Notes under the pieces: model-generated
The model's input: the letters and a program-made list of their open reading frames with translations, nothing else
The model's database searches: none
What the model was told of the DNA's origin: nothing
From: Balanoglossus misakiensis
Lineage: Eukaryota > Animalia > Hemichordata
Assembly: GCA_040954595.2 (NCBI GenBank)
Contig: CM082580.2
Location: 3,462,783 to 3,526,782, forward strand
Length of the DNA stretch: 64,000 bases
Direction of reading: 5' to 3'
Position numbers and translations under genes: made by a program
Shown here: piece by piece, positions 38,801 to 54,800 of the stretch
How the letters are laid out: each line of letters starts with the position of its first letter
How positions within the stretch are numbered: position 1 is the stretch's first letter

Positions 38801-39773
38801 GTATACAGTTATTCAAATAATTTAAAATCTTAACTTATGAATGAATGTCATGTTATTGATAAAGAAATGCCTCTGAATATTGTACACTATCATGATTACC
38901 ATTGAACTAGCATACATGGATGCAAAAAAATTGCACTAAAGTCTAAAAAGTAAACATGGAAAAAATTCAACCCATTCAAATGATATAGATTTTTTCTGTC
39001 TTTACAAGTAATCAATTTGCTTTGATAATATAAAACAATAGGCAGGATCATATTAAACATACATACAGATGTACGGTGCATGCAAGACGAATAGTGATCA
39101 CATAAGCTACCAGTATAGCTATAAGCTAGTATGATTGGTTTCTCTTTTGTTGTTCTGAGTTTTTCCCCATTACATATTATGTACTGCACTGCAACACTTA
39201 ACAATCAATTATCATGATGACTTGGTGTATACTTCATCAAGATTTACAAGAAAGCAGATGATAGAAGTAACACTCACGACATGACTCTTCATCAGAACCA
39301 TCTAGACACTGATACTTGTAGTCACATACGTAACTTTGTGAGACACAGGTTCCATCTCGACACTGGAACTGAGGTCCTTCACCAGGAAGAGGAAGACAAT
39401 TGGTGCTTCTCGCTGCAAAATAACAAACGTAAAATATTATGTTATTAGATCAGTTTTCTACATGGACTCAGCACAGAATCCTGGATGTAGAGATTTTAAA
39501 ATCAGATTCATATATCATACATACTTGTAATTGTAATAGGTTCTGTAGTTGGTGCGACAGGAAGTTGTCCATTGTACGATACACAGGATGGGGTGAATGT
39601 GATATCATCAAGTGCTATGTCTCCAAGAATCAGGTAGCCTTCTACACCTTCTATTATAACCTGTTTACAGAATGTTGCAACAATATTATGTCACGTTAAC
39701 AACACCATCACCATCATTACCACACCACCATCATCATCGTCGTCGTCATTGTTGTCATCATCATCATCATCCA

Positions 39774-39826
<53 letters not shown>

Positions 39827-42800
39827 GCATCATCATCATCGTCGTCGTCGTCATCATCATCATCATCATCATCATCACCACCACCATCATCATTATCATC
39901 ATCATCATCATCATCATCATCAATCCATCATCATCATGGTAACAGAAAAGTATCAGATTTACAGCTAATCAGAACAGAAGCTGTATCGTGTCAAGTGTGC
40001 CAGTACACTTCCCTGCATTCTTGTTCATTGAATGTTGCACTCACAAATGTTATATTCCAACATAATGAAACACTAGAAAGGCTTACCTCAAATGGTTTGG
40101 TGGAGGACAGTGGAATTTCATCACGTATCCATCTATCACCATGGTCTCCGCTGACTGACCACTGTAGAGACAGTTGACCACTGCGCTCAGTCCAGGTGTA
40201 CACATTGAGATCTCCGATCATGGCTCCATACATATGGAAATAGAACCTCATCTGAAATGTTAAGTAAGGAGGATTTCATATCAATTCATTAACTGAATGA
40301 ACTTTTACAAAACTCTTAAAGCTCAAATTGTTATTCCAGATTTTCATGTTATTAATTGTGATAAAAGGTCACCCAGAAAAGCATTTGCTGCAGAGGTAAG
40401 TCTGTGGATTGCTGTAAATGATATTGTCTATGTTAAGTAAACAGTTCAAAATAAACAGAGAATAATGGATGATGAAGTCCTTTTCCTACCATGTGGTGTA
40501 CATGGTAAAACATAAAACTCATACACTGTTCTTAAAGCCCCATATTTGTTGACATGAGCATAGAAATAAGACCTTTTGACTTTTGTCTGTTCATTACATC
40601 CCCCCCTTTAAGATTGGGTTCTGAATTATTGAAAAACATGGAATGTAAATGGGAAGTGTAAAATTTACCAGTTTCTTAGCTGTTCCAATTTCAATCGCAT
40701 CTACAAAAAGTGTCTTTTGTCACAACATACTTTGTGTTCCCACAACTACACCTTCAACCCCCCTCCCCCCCCCCCACCAACCAACCCCGCTCAAAAAGCA
40801 ACCGAGATAATCTCACCGCACATCCAGCTGACGCATCAACAGCATCTATAGAATGACTGACAATGCGGGCAACACTTCCACTGTTAAAGAAGCTTGATGT
40901 GTCGATGAAGATGTAGTAACCTGTAAAAAAACCCAGGAAGTCAGTGTTATGGGTGAATATTTCGCCAAATGTACATGATCTGAAGGGTGAACCAAGAGTT
41001 TGCTTGTTCACACATCTGTTCCACTGATCAGGGGTCAATTGACAATGGTACCGCATTTCTAACAATTTTAATATTTAGTAACTAAAAGGTTCAAAGTGTT
41101 CCTTTTATGTTTATTCGTGCAAGTCAGTAGTTGCATGTAAAATTGGATGACACCCTATTCGTATCCAGATGTTGCAACATGTTTCATTTAACAGCTGTTC
41201 CAATTATGTGACACAGAATCACCAAAATACTGGACAAGCATAGTCTGACTATAAGTCAATGCAGTTATGGAACTTCTGATGATTGCAAAGTTTAAACTGT
41301 GGTAATATATTATAATGATAAAAAGTCACTTTCAAGCTCTGCAATGCCCCTTACAGTTTTCTCAAACTTGCTTTCAATTATCAACTTGTATCTCCTTCTT
41401 CAGCAATTTATTTCCAAATTTCATTACGCACATATTCTACTTCATAAATGTAATATACTATACCATTTCTTTTTTAAACCAGGAGTTTGAATAAATCTAC
41501 ATTGTATGCAAGCTTGCAATGTATACAATTCATAAAGAAAGCAAACACTCTAGATTTTAGTAATGATGTTATTTACTTTAACTTGAAAGTTTAATTGTAT
41601 CAGAATGTATGTGCATTGAAAATCAAACATAAGAGTTATGAATATCCTACCAAAGCTTGTGAATGTGGTGTGGTCAAATGATGGTCCTGTGTTCAGATCG
41701 GATGACGCCCCACTCTGTCTGCTCCAATCAAAGTGATCACCATTCAGTTGTTGCCAGGTGCACCAACCTCCATTGGAGCTGCCATCTTCAAAATCACACT
41801 TCTCAAATCCAGCTACAAAATAATCATTCGTCAATAAGTCAATGGCATCCCTTCTCAGAAAGTTAAAATTGGATTATACTGGTAAGTACTGATATTTTGT
41901 CATGAACTGGTAATTATTCAGACATACATGTACATGTAGCGTAACAAAATGAAACTACAGTGAAACCAATCATTACTGGACACCTCTCTAATCAGGACAC
42001 CTCCCTGTTAAAGGTCTAATGCCATGCTTTGGAAAGTTTTCATTTTTCCACGTCAAAAGCTCACCTAGGGTACCTGTCTATGCATTGCCTATTGTGTCGG
42101 TTCCGAAAAATGTGCGCGAATGCCGGAATTTGCCCCCTTTTTTCATGCCTGTGATCAGGGAGCCACTTCGCACTCGAGCCAGGCGAAGGTATTTGCATAT
42201 GGACAAACAAGTACACTACGCCCTAGTGTACCATTCTGCTAACAGTAAAGTGTAATTAGCAGTCCATGAGTAATTAAGTCCACAGACAAAGACAAGCTAT
42301 ATAAACAGTGTTCAAAGCAAAGGAAGCCCTTGCCTTACATTACAGGCAGAGGATTTACAAAGGTGTGAAAGACTATTTGTCCACATCAAGATAAGCCTTC
42401 GACTGAACTTCGAAAAGCCGAAAAAACTCGACTGAGTTGGGTTAGGGGTACACGCCCACCCGCCACTTTTACTTGCTTGTTATCTAAGCACAAGGGGCAA
42501 AACGCATTGCAAGATAGTAACATACGTTAACTTCAAGACCCAAATAGTGATTTTACGCGTGGTTGTATAGGGCATGGCATTAGACCTTTAAGGACATATT
42601 TTTTGGTCCAATGTACATTTAACTGAAGTGGGGTTGACATTACACTTTATGTCAGCCCTGTGAAGGAAAGTCAATTTAATAAATGTGGAAACACTAAATC
42701 AAACCATGCTAGCCAGACATGTGTCAGTTTTAACTGGGCAGAGTTAATAATAATAATAATAATGGTTTATTCTCATAATCAAATCAAACAAACATAATGC

Positions 42801-45800
42801 AAGTGAAAATAACTGAAAATAAATAACTGTTTTGTTTACAATGAGAAAAGGACTGAAAAATAGTTGCCATAGGCACTAATCAAGTTCAGTCCCAATTCAA
42901 GTGATGAGGTTTTACAGTTTGTAAAAAATGGCGACTATTCCGACAGAAATTTCAAAAGGTTACAATACCAGGCACAAGGCATAAGGAAAGAAAAAGAAAA
43001 TACATTAAGAGACAACAAAACTACATCTCCAATAAATAATTTTTAAGCTCTCGTTTGAAACGATTTCTGGAAGTGATTTGTTTGAGATCCTCAGGAATAC
43101 TGTTCCATACCTCAGAACCAACAAATTTGATAGAAGTTTGGCCCAAATTGCTTCTGAATTTAGGGGGGTGAAGAATATTTTTTTCTTTGGACCGAGTACT
43201 GTAGGTATGATCAATTTGTTCAATACAAAAACCACAGTCACTAAAGATAAGTTTGGTAGCAATGTTGAATTGAATCCATACATATAGGTTATAATATAAT
43301 CCTATATATTGCTATATATAGTGTCAGTATTTTCATCTTTGAAATATTTTTTTTTCATGTCCATGTTATAGTTTTCAACATGAAATGTTTAAAGTATCTA
43401 TAACAGTCAGTTATAAAGGTAAAATGCTTTATTTGTTAACTTACAGCAAGACTCTTCTTTTTCATCAGTGTAATCCAAGCAACAGTCATATTGATAATCA
43501 CACGTCTCAGAATCAGAGTAACAGTGACCGCTTGTGCAGTAATAGTCATCACACGAACTTGGCACACTCTCATAGGCGCAGTCCACAAATTGTATATCAT
43601 CTATTGCTATGTTGCCATCATCAGCCGTGGATAACAGCTCCATATCAGCTTCCAGTATAATCTGTATGTGATCGAGAAAGGTTGGTGTGTATTCAGTGAG
43701 GGTGATAGTAAAAGGCCAATTGGTACTTAACAAAGGTGGCGTCCGATAACATAACAGGTCTACAGCAGTTGAAGTAGAATGCAGAACAAGTTGTGACTGA
43801 TGTGATTGACCACTTTTATGAATCAATGGTTTTACATTGGACTGTGATACTTGATTTCAACAACAAGATTGTCTGCCTGCCTGTCTACCTGTCTCAAACA
43901 CATGCACACACATACATATACATGCATGTATATATACATGTACACACACCTCTTACCCTACCATTTGTGTTAAAACATGACAGCCCGCATTTCAAAATAT
44001 TTGCAGCCATATGATGTGGCTTCAAAACATTCCATTGTCCAAAAAAGTCTCACACACCTGGAATGAGGAAGCACATCTTGGTGCCGGTACAGATACCGGT
44101 GTCCACTCATCTAGTGTGGGTGACTCCAGACTCCATAATCTCTGCTCCATGTTGCCAGATACCACGTAGGCTCTCAATGTTCCCATCCCTAACACATTGC
44201 TGAGTGTGGTCACAAAGTGGTAGTTGAAATGGACGGTGCAAGTTTTGCCTGCCTGTTGGAAGAGTGGACTCAGCAGTCTGGCCTTCTTCGCTGTGCCATC
44301 ACTCTCCACATAGATGTAGTGGCCTGCCAGATGACAACAAGTGATTAATTTTCAAGAAAAGCTAGAGACAATCGCCGTGTCCGTAATCTGATATTCCTTG
44401 GAACTTCCTCAAGAAATTACTGCAGCTTGTCGTTTGGACGTGGAGTATGATTTCAATTTGGTTGAACTTTCATGCTGGTATCAGCAATTGAAAGCCCTGA
44501 TAAGATGCAAGCTAGGTTTCACTTCCAACAACTGGCAGTTACGTTAATTGTTCCTCTTAAAGGGAAGGGGTTGTCGTGCCGCTTGGGTGTCCCCCTAGAT
44601 GAGAATATGACCTCCCATACCAGCACAAACCTCACTGCAGTCGCCACAACCTACTAGGATCTTCAGTTGCTGTCATGCCCCACCTATGGTACAGTTGGCT
44701 GCTGCGTTCATTCTAAGAATTATCTAATTTCAGGGACCCCCAAGCCCCACTGTAAGGAACTTTTTCACTAATTTTTATGTCAAAATATCTTCCAATTCGC
44801 ACAAACATACATGTATATGTACAGTCACTGTAGTAATATTGGGTGTGATGAAAATTTGTACAGTATGACAATTCCAATATGTTTTCTGAGAAGTACTGAC
44901 CTTCTTCTGTGCCAAGCGTGGTATCCTCTCTAGGAAGACTACTGTCTGCAGGTAAAGGACCATCTTTGATTGACCAATCAAAGTCATCATTCCGATCATT
45001 TACCCACCCACAAGTCAACATTTCTTCAAACGTACACAAGGTGGCTGGAGATGAAAGCAAAATAAATATTGGGGAGATTGGATAAATATTTCTTGGAAGG
45101 AATTGTATCGCCAAACTTTAATCAAAGTGTATTTTAATACTTTACTATCTAATTGAGGAAAACTGAGATTAACGCTATCAGTTAATACTCACTACATGTA
45201 TATGCAAGTGACAAATTGTTACATCTGTAGTGAAATATAAACAGACAGCAGAAATTACTTTGGTAAACTTATTTTTTCTAAGTGCACAGTGTCCCAAAAA
45301 TTACCTTGAGATTTTTTCTCTACTATTTCTCAGGCCTTAGCCTCACATTTGACAAAGAATAGTTCTGAACAATAAATGTGATTTTTAAAAGACTATAGAC
45401 TGTGTATTCCGGGAGGCATGGATACTGGAATACTCACGACATTCCACCTCATCACTTCCATCCGGACAATCATTTCTGAAATCACAGAATAGGGCTTCTG
45501 GAATACAGGTCACACCGTCTTGGCAGAGTAATTCCTCAGGGGGACATGTTACAAGTTCTGACATAACGAAAGTGTACAAGAAAAGGTTGCGGTTAGTAAT
45601 TTTCATAAATCACCAAGGATTGGAATGGCATGAAATAGGTCTACAGGTGAAAACTGATAAGGACCTTGTTGTTCATAATACAACCCTTGCGATCAGTATG
45701 ATTCATGTTGATCATCAAATACATTAAGTGCTATGAACGCAAACAAGAACAATGCTGCCAGTGGATGATAGCCACAAATTATGGAATATGTACATGTACG

Positions 45801-48800
45801 TGTGTGCTGTCATGCATTATCATAATCAATTATTTCAGATATCAACCAACAAAGGCTTACCTGGACATACATCAGGTATCACAAAGATGTCATCCAATGC
45901 AATGTAACCAAAGGAACTTGGAAATTCAGAATGAGCTTCAAATACAATCTGGGAATGTCAATTTTAAAAAAAAGGTACAGTACATATGCTGAAGAATAAA
46001 AGCTGAAATTTAGAAAACAATCTGGGACCAACCAAGCTCTGTTAATTATTATCACAGCAGGCACTCAGACACTAATTATTCATTTCAAATACAAATGGTG
46101 TACGTGTTAAAGTATAGCAATTAAGTATGCAATGGTCTGAACATGAAGGTTAATACACAGCCTTTTATGTATTTAATTAATGTAGTCTGAAGTTGACAAC
46201 CAAAAAACTTTGATTGAAAGTGCAAGTGACTTTACTTAAGAGTCAAAATTGGGTGAAGAATTTGAATATATTAGAAGAATGTCTAGTTTTCATACATTAC
46301 ACTGACATAATACTCTACACTCACTAATGCATACACATATACATGTATACTAATCACATAAGTTTGACAACCCATTCCCTTATAAGAATAGATTGAGTTA
46401 AACAAATGTTTGGCATATTTGTTACAGCTTAAACAGGAACATGAAATTCAATATGAAAATAAAATGTCGCGAAGTACTTACCCTAATCAACATTGCAAAA
46501 ATTAGTTTGTCGCAAAACTTTCTAGTTTACGATACTTTACTCTTAAATTAGATATCTATAGTTGAAATACAGCTACCTGATATTCTACAGTACTTGAGAA
46601 GTCAATGCCAGCTCTGATCCAGCTTGGACTGAGTGAACCTGATGTTGAAAGCAGCTGAACTCTGTTGTCAGGGTTTTCACTCTCTACCAAATACACTTTT
46701 AATATACCTACAGCTGTAGATCAAATACAACAATTGTCACGCCCATATAGTAACTGATTTTATTGTAATATATTTTTCCTAAAGAAGGCTGTTCTTATGC
46801 TTCTTGAGTCAGTACAGGCATTTTAAAATCATCCTTACACTGTTGCATATGGAATGGCAATCTTTAAGACACTATGGGTGACACTTCTACATCAAATGGT
46901 TGTCATTTTGGAGTAGAGGGCAGAAATTTCAATGTGATAGTTCTACCAGTACTTATTTTTAAATACCTGATTAAGAATAGAATTGTATACCTTCAAGATA
47001 TGAACAAATTCATTGACGTTAATTAAGCTGTTCAATCTATTTGTAAAATTGATCAAGTCTACAACTGAACCTTTCAGAAAAAAATGATATAATCCAAAAA
47101 GATTTATGCAAGTAACAGTAAAAAATATTTTAAAATTTATTTCCTCAATTAACTTGGTGCTTAAACAAGACAGAAGTTGAACACCACTATTGCTAGCATA
47201 GTAATTTCAACATTTTGCTATGTGTATATATATCAGTAGTGCTTCTTACCTTCAACATCATAACCATACATTTGATAGAAGAATTCCAGACAGGATGCCT
47301 CTGTGTCCGCAAAATGCTGGCTGACAAGATCACCTCTATTGCCAAACTGTGCCGACTGGGCGGAATCCACAAACACATACCAACCTGAAAATCAAATCAC
47401 ATCAACATGATGCTCTTTATTTGTTTCAACAGAATTGAAAAAGGCAAAAAAACTAGTGTTATGATTCAACACCGGTGGCTGCTTGTTTGGTGGCAGTAAT
47501 CATTATTTCAGTGTGTGACATCTAAATGTTGTAATTTTATAGAGCAAAGGCAATAATGGGAAAAGTTTGAAGGAATATTTTTCCAAAATAGCCTATTCAA
47601 CCAACAAATGATAATTTTATTTACAAATCATATGGGAACACTAATGCAAAATTTCTTGGTGACTTAGACATATTTTCTTTGAGAGAAGTTTTAATAAATT
47701 TCACATGTCTTACCATCAGCAGTGCCTGTAGTATGATCTGCAGAGGGTCCAATGTATGCACTTGGCATACTTCCTGTATTCCACATCCAATCAAAATCAT
47801 CCGTAGTATCTGGTACATTCTGCCAACCACACATGTTGGTTTCAAAATCACAATTACCTGAAAAAAACAATATGGACAACTTGCTTGATATTTGCCTGAT
47901 GATAGGCCCCACCCCTAATAAAAATATAATTGTGCGATTCCAATCATGTGCTTTTCAGAAATAGGGTTGGTAGGTCAGGTTTTATTGTAATTTTTTTCTT
48001 CAGAAGATTCAGTTTTTTTAGATGATGGCATGTCATCCCAAGTCTTGCATGATTTGCTTTTCATTGTGGATTGTTTATTTTATTAAAGTTTCGCGTTGAC
48101 ATACCCATAACAATTTCGGGGTCGCCAGGTTTAAAATAGGGTGGTTGGGTGATCAGAACTACACAATTTTCTATTCATTGGCAAATGGCAGGTTGTATTA
48201 AGGTTATGCAATTGCACAACTTCTAATGCCATCTTTTGTCCAGAACTAACTCAAGAAACATTATGCATAATTGTTATTGTGTGTTTGGTCCAAATGGCAA
48301 TAACCATATTTGCCTGTAACATTGTTTATTGATGTTGCAATTTTACCTCTCATATGACACAAAGATGTGTAGATTATTGTATGCGTTTGAGTTTCCCTCT
48401 ACAGAGGAAAATGATTAAGTACTGATTGTAGACACACACACATGTATTAAATGTTAATATTTACCTTCATGGGGACATGCTCCCGATATTATATTAACAT
48501 CATCAATTGCAATGTCACCCTTAGATTCCGATCCCACAACAGCTTCGATGGAAATTCGATAATCTTCATAATCAGTGACAGACACCTGTCCATAATGCCA
48601 TCGATTGCCTTGATCAGCTGCAAATAAGAAACAGCGGTTAGGAATTTCGAGAAAAAGAATCTTTAATTGTGATGGGACTAAGGAAAGTGATGAGTATGGT
48701 ACATCTGGACCACTTTTGCGGAGATATGTTATGTTATGTATTACCACAGAGTTCAACAATATTTGTCATTCTAAAAATCCAACTCCATCAAATATAAATA

Positions 48801-51800
48801 CATTTTATTACCTTATTGGTTTCAATTATGTCAAGAAGTGAATTGGTTTCAATAATGTCAAGAAGTGACTGTTGCATATTTCATATTGCTTTCATCACAT
48901 CATCACCTTTCTTTTACAGATTTTACTTTTCAAACTAATTTTACACATTCCAGACAAATGCAATGTCCATATCCCTACTTTTACGTAACATCTACATGTA
49001 CACGACATCACAACCTACTTTCTCTGCTCCATACAAGAGTGCGCTCGCCGGTTGACACTGGCATGATGTTAACACTGAGAGTTCCAATGTCAACACCATA
49101 CATGTGATACCAGAATTGGAAGCAGTCGGTGCTGCCCGCTGATATTATCATACTGTTCAGTCTTGCCGTCTGTCCTTCACGTCTTGGGAAAACATCGGAT
49201 GCTTCAATGTATGCAAATGTACCTGAATCAGAAAAAAAAAGATTTAGTAGGAGAAGTTTATCAATCATACCACTATTTTATCCAGACAATTTTCCACTGA
49301 CTAAACTTGGTAAAACCCATTCTAAAACCTTGTTGAGATTAAGCTGCTTGACGATTCAAAAAAAGTTATTTGACCAAATTTTTGCTTTGAAAGTGTTTGA
49401 CACATGCCAGGATGAACTGATACAAAAATTTCAACTGCTTAAACTATTAAAAAATCTGACAAACCTTCAGAGGTGCCTGTTGTGTGATCTACCTCCGGTC
49501 CTGTGCCACTAGAGGGCGTACCATCATTTCCACGGAACCAGTCAAAGTTGTCGTCGGTCGCCTGCTCCCAGTAGCAGAAGTCAGCTTCAAAGTCACACTC
49601 AGCTTTACCGGGAACATAAACATAAAACTTTTAACATGAAAATGCAGTCACAGGCTGCTCTGCCAGGTTGGGGGGGTCAGTTGTCTAGTACCAACAACCA
49701 GACATTTCTTTGGACTTCTAATTGTCCAATTGGACAACCAGATTTTAAAAACATTAATTTTGAGCCACAAAATTCACTGAATATGTCATACATGAACATG
49801 CATGTGACACTAGTGGTCTATCGAATTAATATGTTAAGGCTGTCCACTTTGCAAGCTGATCACTTCATTGCAATGATGCCACATAAACAGACTGACCTGT
49901 ATTAACAGTACAAGGTCCAGGGTTAACACTGATATCGTCCACTGCTACAGTTCCTCCACTGTTTTCACCCATCACAGCCTCAAAGTGGATCTTAATATTC
50001 AAGAAACAAATTCCATTTATATTGTATAATGTCAATCTTCACCTGCAGATGTTGATTTTTGTGGTCTGTTCACCCAAGAAATTTCAGAAATGAATTCTGC
50101 ATTTCATATTGATTTGTTATGGAGATATTTGATTCTCCAGGCTGATCCAATAGGAATTATCTATAAAAAAAAATTCTAAAAGACAACTCATACCTGCCAC
50201 TGGTCTTCAAAAGTAAAAGTGTGGTGTGCTTCAAGCCACATGTTTCTCTGAGTGTAAAATCGAGTCCACTGTATATCCTCTGTGTAGCCATGTTGTTGTG
50301 TGTACATGTTGAGTCTATACAAGTTTGGTCCTAACATGTGATACCAGAATTTAACACAATATTCTTGTGTTCCTGTTTCTGTTTGTGGATACGTTGTGAT
50401 TCTGGCATTTTGATCTTTGCTTGCTTCAGCTGTGTTGATGAATATGTAGGATCCTGTAACCCAAATACAAGGATAAGTTCATATCAAGTTTATAGTTATT
50501 GAGCCAAGTTTGACTCAGATTCATTGTATTTTTCCCAAGGGAAGGTCAAGTATGTTGTTTACCGTCAAAGTTGGTGTGATCATATCCAGGACCGGTTTCT
50601 GGTGATGCACCACTGCTGGAATCACCAAGTCTCCAATCAAAATCATCATGTCCTGTACCTGCCTGCATCCATCCACACCAATCATCTTCAAAATCACATG
50701 TCAACTCTGAAAGATAAAAAACCAATCGAATAATTTAAATCATGCAATTATCAGTCACACTCTATGAACAGAAATGTGGATGATTGTAGTTGAAGATCTT
50801 ACCATCTGCATTGGATGGGACATCACCAGGATGACAGTTGACAAATACAATTTCATCAATGGCAGCATCATTTGTTCCCCCGGTAACAGTTCCAAGCAGT
50901 GGATACACGTCAATGATCACCTGGGGGGAAAAAATCAAAGAATTTACATGATTGTGTATTAATTGACCTGTCTATAATGGCCACCTACCTAAAAAGGCCA
51001 ATTTAGGAAAGTCCCTTGACTGGGCCACTATATAGACAGATTTGCATGACTGTATTGTAAGACAACAATGACTCACCCAGAAGCCTGCCGTCTGTTGCCC
51101 AAGCATAACACGAGCCTGTTTCCACTGATTCCCTTGATCTCCAGAAACTGTGTAAACAAGATACATGTCTGGAGGTGTGGTACCATTTGCCACAAACACA
51201 GCAATGGCAGCATTTGCATCCCCATGCAAGTAATACCAGAAGTCCATTTCACATGCTTGACCCATCTCTCCAAATGGAACCGATAGTAGGACAGCTTCAA
51301 AGTAGAACTTAGCATCCTTGCTTTCTACCATCATGTAGTGACCTGTGATAAAGCAAGAAATAACACTTTCAGAATCGTCTGCAAAACTTTAGCGAGAATC
51401 ATGCAAGAACTACAACGTCATTCTTCTACACTACGGACTCCAAAGATATATACCTACCCTATTTTTGAAAAACATTTAATCGGAACAGCACATATTATTT
51501 TTTATTTGGCCTTAGCACCCACCTTCTTCATTTCCTGTGGCATCGGTGACTGGTGCATAGACAGACTCTGAACTGTTGGCTTGGAACAGTTCCCAGCTGT
51601 AGTGACCACTACTTTGGTCATACCACCCACACTGACCACTCTCAAAGTCACAGGTACCTGAAATGCAAAACTCTCATTACGGACGATATCAGAAGATCAA
51701 TGTCACGTGAGCGTGTCTCAGCCAATCACGTATACGACATAATACGTGAGGTGTAATAATGAATACTGTAAAATGGGTTATTGTCACGAGCAATAATTTT

Positions 51801-54800
51801 TTGCGTAATACGCGAGCCAAACAAACCATGAAAATAAAAAGTCGCGTAAAATGTTTTCGGAGATAACGATGCAGTTAGTGAAATACAAGAACGTGAAAAT
51901 TAATCCTCGTGGAACAGTTGACTCTTTTGATATCGCGAAAAATTTGCTGTCGCGAAAATAACATGTTTTATTATTCACCTACTGCTGTAAACTATGGAGT
52001 TCCGTAATACAATAATTTGCGGTATCACCGTACAATAATTATTCAAATGAGGACGCTGAGTCCAATAACACCGGGGTTATTGGACGCATTGTGACTTTGA
52101 CCTCACAGGACCGGTGATCAATGTAAACAATGATGATATTAACCCTACTCTGACAAAAATTTATATAAAAAGTACACAGCCGTTATTAAACAAAATTATT
52201 GGTGACCCAAGATGCGAAATAAGTCAAAATCCACGTTGAAATTTCAGTCGAAGGAATCTGTGAACGAACAGGCGAGCGCGTTCATTTCAAGTTCCAACAC
52301 GAGCTCAGCGAAAGCAGCGTAGAATGTCGCGCGCGAGACAGGCAGTTCGACACTAGCATCACCTGATGCGCGAGGTGAAGGCGCGTTCGATATGCAAATT
52401 ACATCATGGCGGTGTCTGAAAACTAGAAAGTCAGATAGCGGCCAATTCATTCTTTATCGTTCATGAAGAATGTTCAGAAAAGGTGTATAATAATAAGGTT
52501 ATTCACAAAATACCTGGATTTATGTCCTCGTACATAGTACGCTTCGGTATTGTCCTCGACGCTGCGCGTCTCGGACAATACCTGCGCTGTACGATGTACT
52601 TGGACATAAATCCCGGTATTCTGTGAATAACCTTATATTACGTAACACATAGAATAGAATGCGTCTGAATAGAACGCACTTTATGAATTTTACTGGCTGC
52701 TGCATAAAGTCGCACCACTTTAGAAATTCTAGAACATATGCTTGAGAGCTACTGGCTTGTTCAGATGCCGGGACAAACATCGAACTCTCATGGACATATA
52801 CGCCGAGTGTATGTCCACTACATGTACATGTACCTCCAGGTAGCACTGGTGGCTCTTGTACAAAGGAAATAATTGTACAATCACAAAACAACTCACCACA
52901 GACCATTTCATCTGAGTTATCACCGCAGTCATCTTGGAAATCACAAACCAACGATTGTTCAATGCACTGCAAATTATCACAAGTGAAGAGTTCGCCACAA
53001 GGATTGGGTGTTGGAGGCGGTGGTGTAGCCACAGGCAGAGCAGTCGATGTCACTTCACAATCGGGAGTGAATGTGATGTCATCTATAGCGATGTAGCCAT
53101 CCACACCAGAACCAACGACAGCTTCAAACAAAATCTGTGGAGAAGTGTCATATTGAGGGAATTTGTAGAAAATAATCTAAACATACATCTATGATCTCAA
53201 CAAAACAAACACACTGAATTTTGAATACTTAGCATGATAATCCGGTTTACAATATTTTGAAAGAGGTCACAATCAGAAACTCTTCCCAACTGCATACAAT
53301 TATGACCCAACAATGACTATTAAAAGAGCATTTCAGACAAACTTACCTGCCAGTTGTCTGCACTGTTCAGCTGTAATTCTGCTCTGTGCCAATAATCTCC
53401 CCTTCCACTACTCACACTGAAGACAATATCGTCAGGATTGATATAACCTTCATATGGACGCAGATATAAATTCAGCGTACCAACACCATTTCCCAGCATG
53501 TGGAAGTAGAATCTCAACTGTAAATACAAATTCCAAAAACAAAATAAGTCAAAAGTAACATATTATTGTCTGTTGCTTTCATGGTTTTCTCTGTTTTTTT
53601 TTTTTTCAAATGCCATCCTGTGCTGATTTGCCTAAAATAAGGCCATCAGTGCACATTTCTGAATTATTTTCATTTTTATTGCTATGTGCATTGATTGATA
53701 TCCATAAATATTTCATTTAGGCACCAAAAAACATATCATGTATGTAAAGATTATCAGACAAAATAGGTACTTTTGACCTCTTTTTGTCTACAATCAAACT
53801 TTCACACAAATCTTAAAATTCAACTCATTCTCATGAACTTACATAACAATTGTCATTGTGTGTTGGCAGATAATTTTCACTCCTGAACAAGGCTGTATCA
53901 CCCCCTCTACGTGGAAGACGTGAATCTACATAGACATAATGACCGGCTGCTGTACTGGTGGTGTGATCGCGTCCAGGTCCAGTATGAGATCCCACCATGC
54001 CTTGCTGTCCACTCTCATGCCACCAATCAATTGTGGCATACTGCGAATCTGGTTGTCCTCCGTTGTAATAAATTCGTTTCAGATCGCACCAATATTCATT
54101 GTAATTACCATCTTCAAAATTACAACCAGTATAGTCATCTGTTCCATAGAAAGCGAGAGGATACACCTATTAAGTGTGGCATTGTATGGTACATCAGAAA
54201 AACAAGCTTTTTTAAAGCCTCTTTTTGCATTATTTTCGTGATTTTATTTCCCAACTTAAATTGGTCCATCTAAATAAGCTTACTGATAGGTATACATGAA
54301 CACCTTATCGATGCCCGATTGTGACTGCATGTTGCAATTTGAACACAGTATGTATTAAAACGGTGAAGCACTGATTTAATCAGCCTCCATACAGACAGTA
54401 CACAGCTCTCGTGGTATGCGTCGGCAAGAGATGACAAACTGATGCAAATGCAAGTAATATGGTTTAATAGTGAAGAGGATAGGGAATATATTTGAAGTAT
54501 TTTATCGTTGAAAAATATGTGAAATTTGGCAGCTATAGGGGCTTTAAGTCCTCATTAAATTTTCTGTCCCCTCCCACCTCCCATTGTTACTTCCAAACCT
54601 GGCATCTGGCTATTATTTTGTCACAAATTAGTGACAGACAACTAGCATGTGATTTCCGTAAAAACACATGACAAACCGTACATCGCTGCAGAGTTGAAGT
54701 ACCTACCACAGTCACTTTCATCGGATCTGTCTCCGCAGTCATCTGTCTCATCACACAATCGATTCTGATCCACACAACTTCCTCTCACACAGTGGTACTG

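Noticed and set aside
39672-40177. poly-His/Ile/Met/Ser/Asp ORFs
   Set aside because: Translations of the intronic (CAT)n microsatellite.
43005-43287. ORFs 43005-43283 (-) and 43078-43287 (+)
   Set aside because: Off-frame and antisense readings of the LINE fragment.
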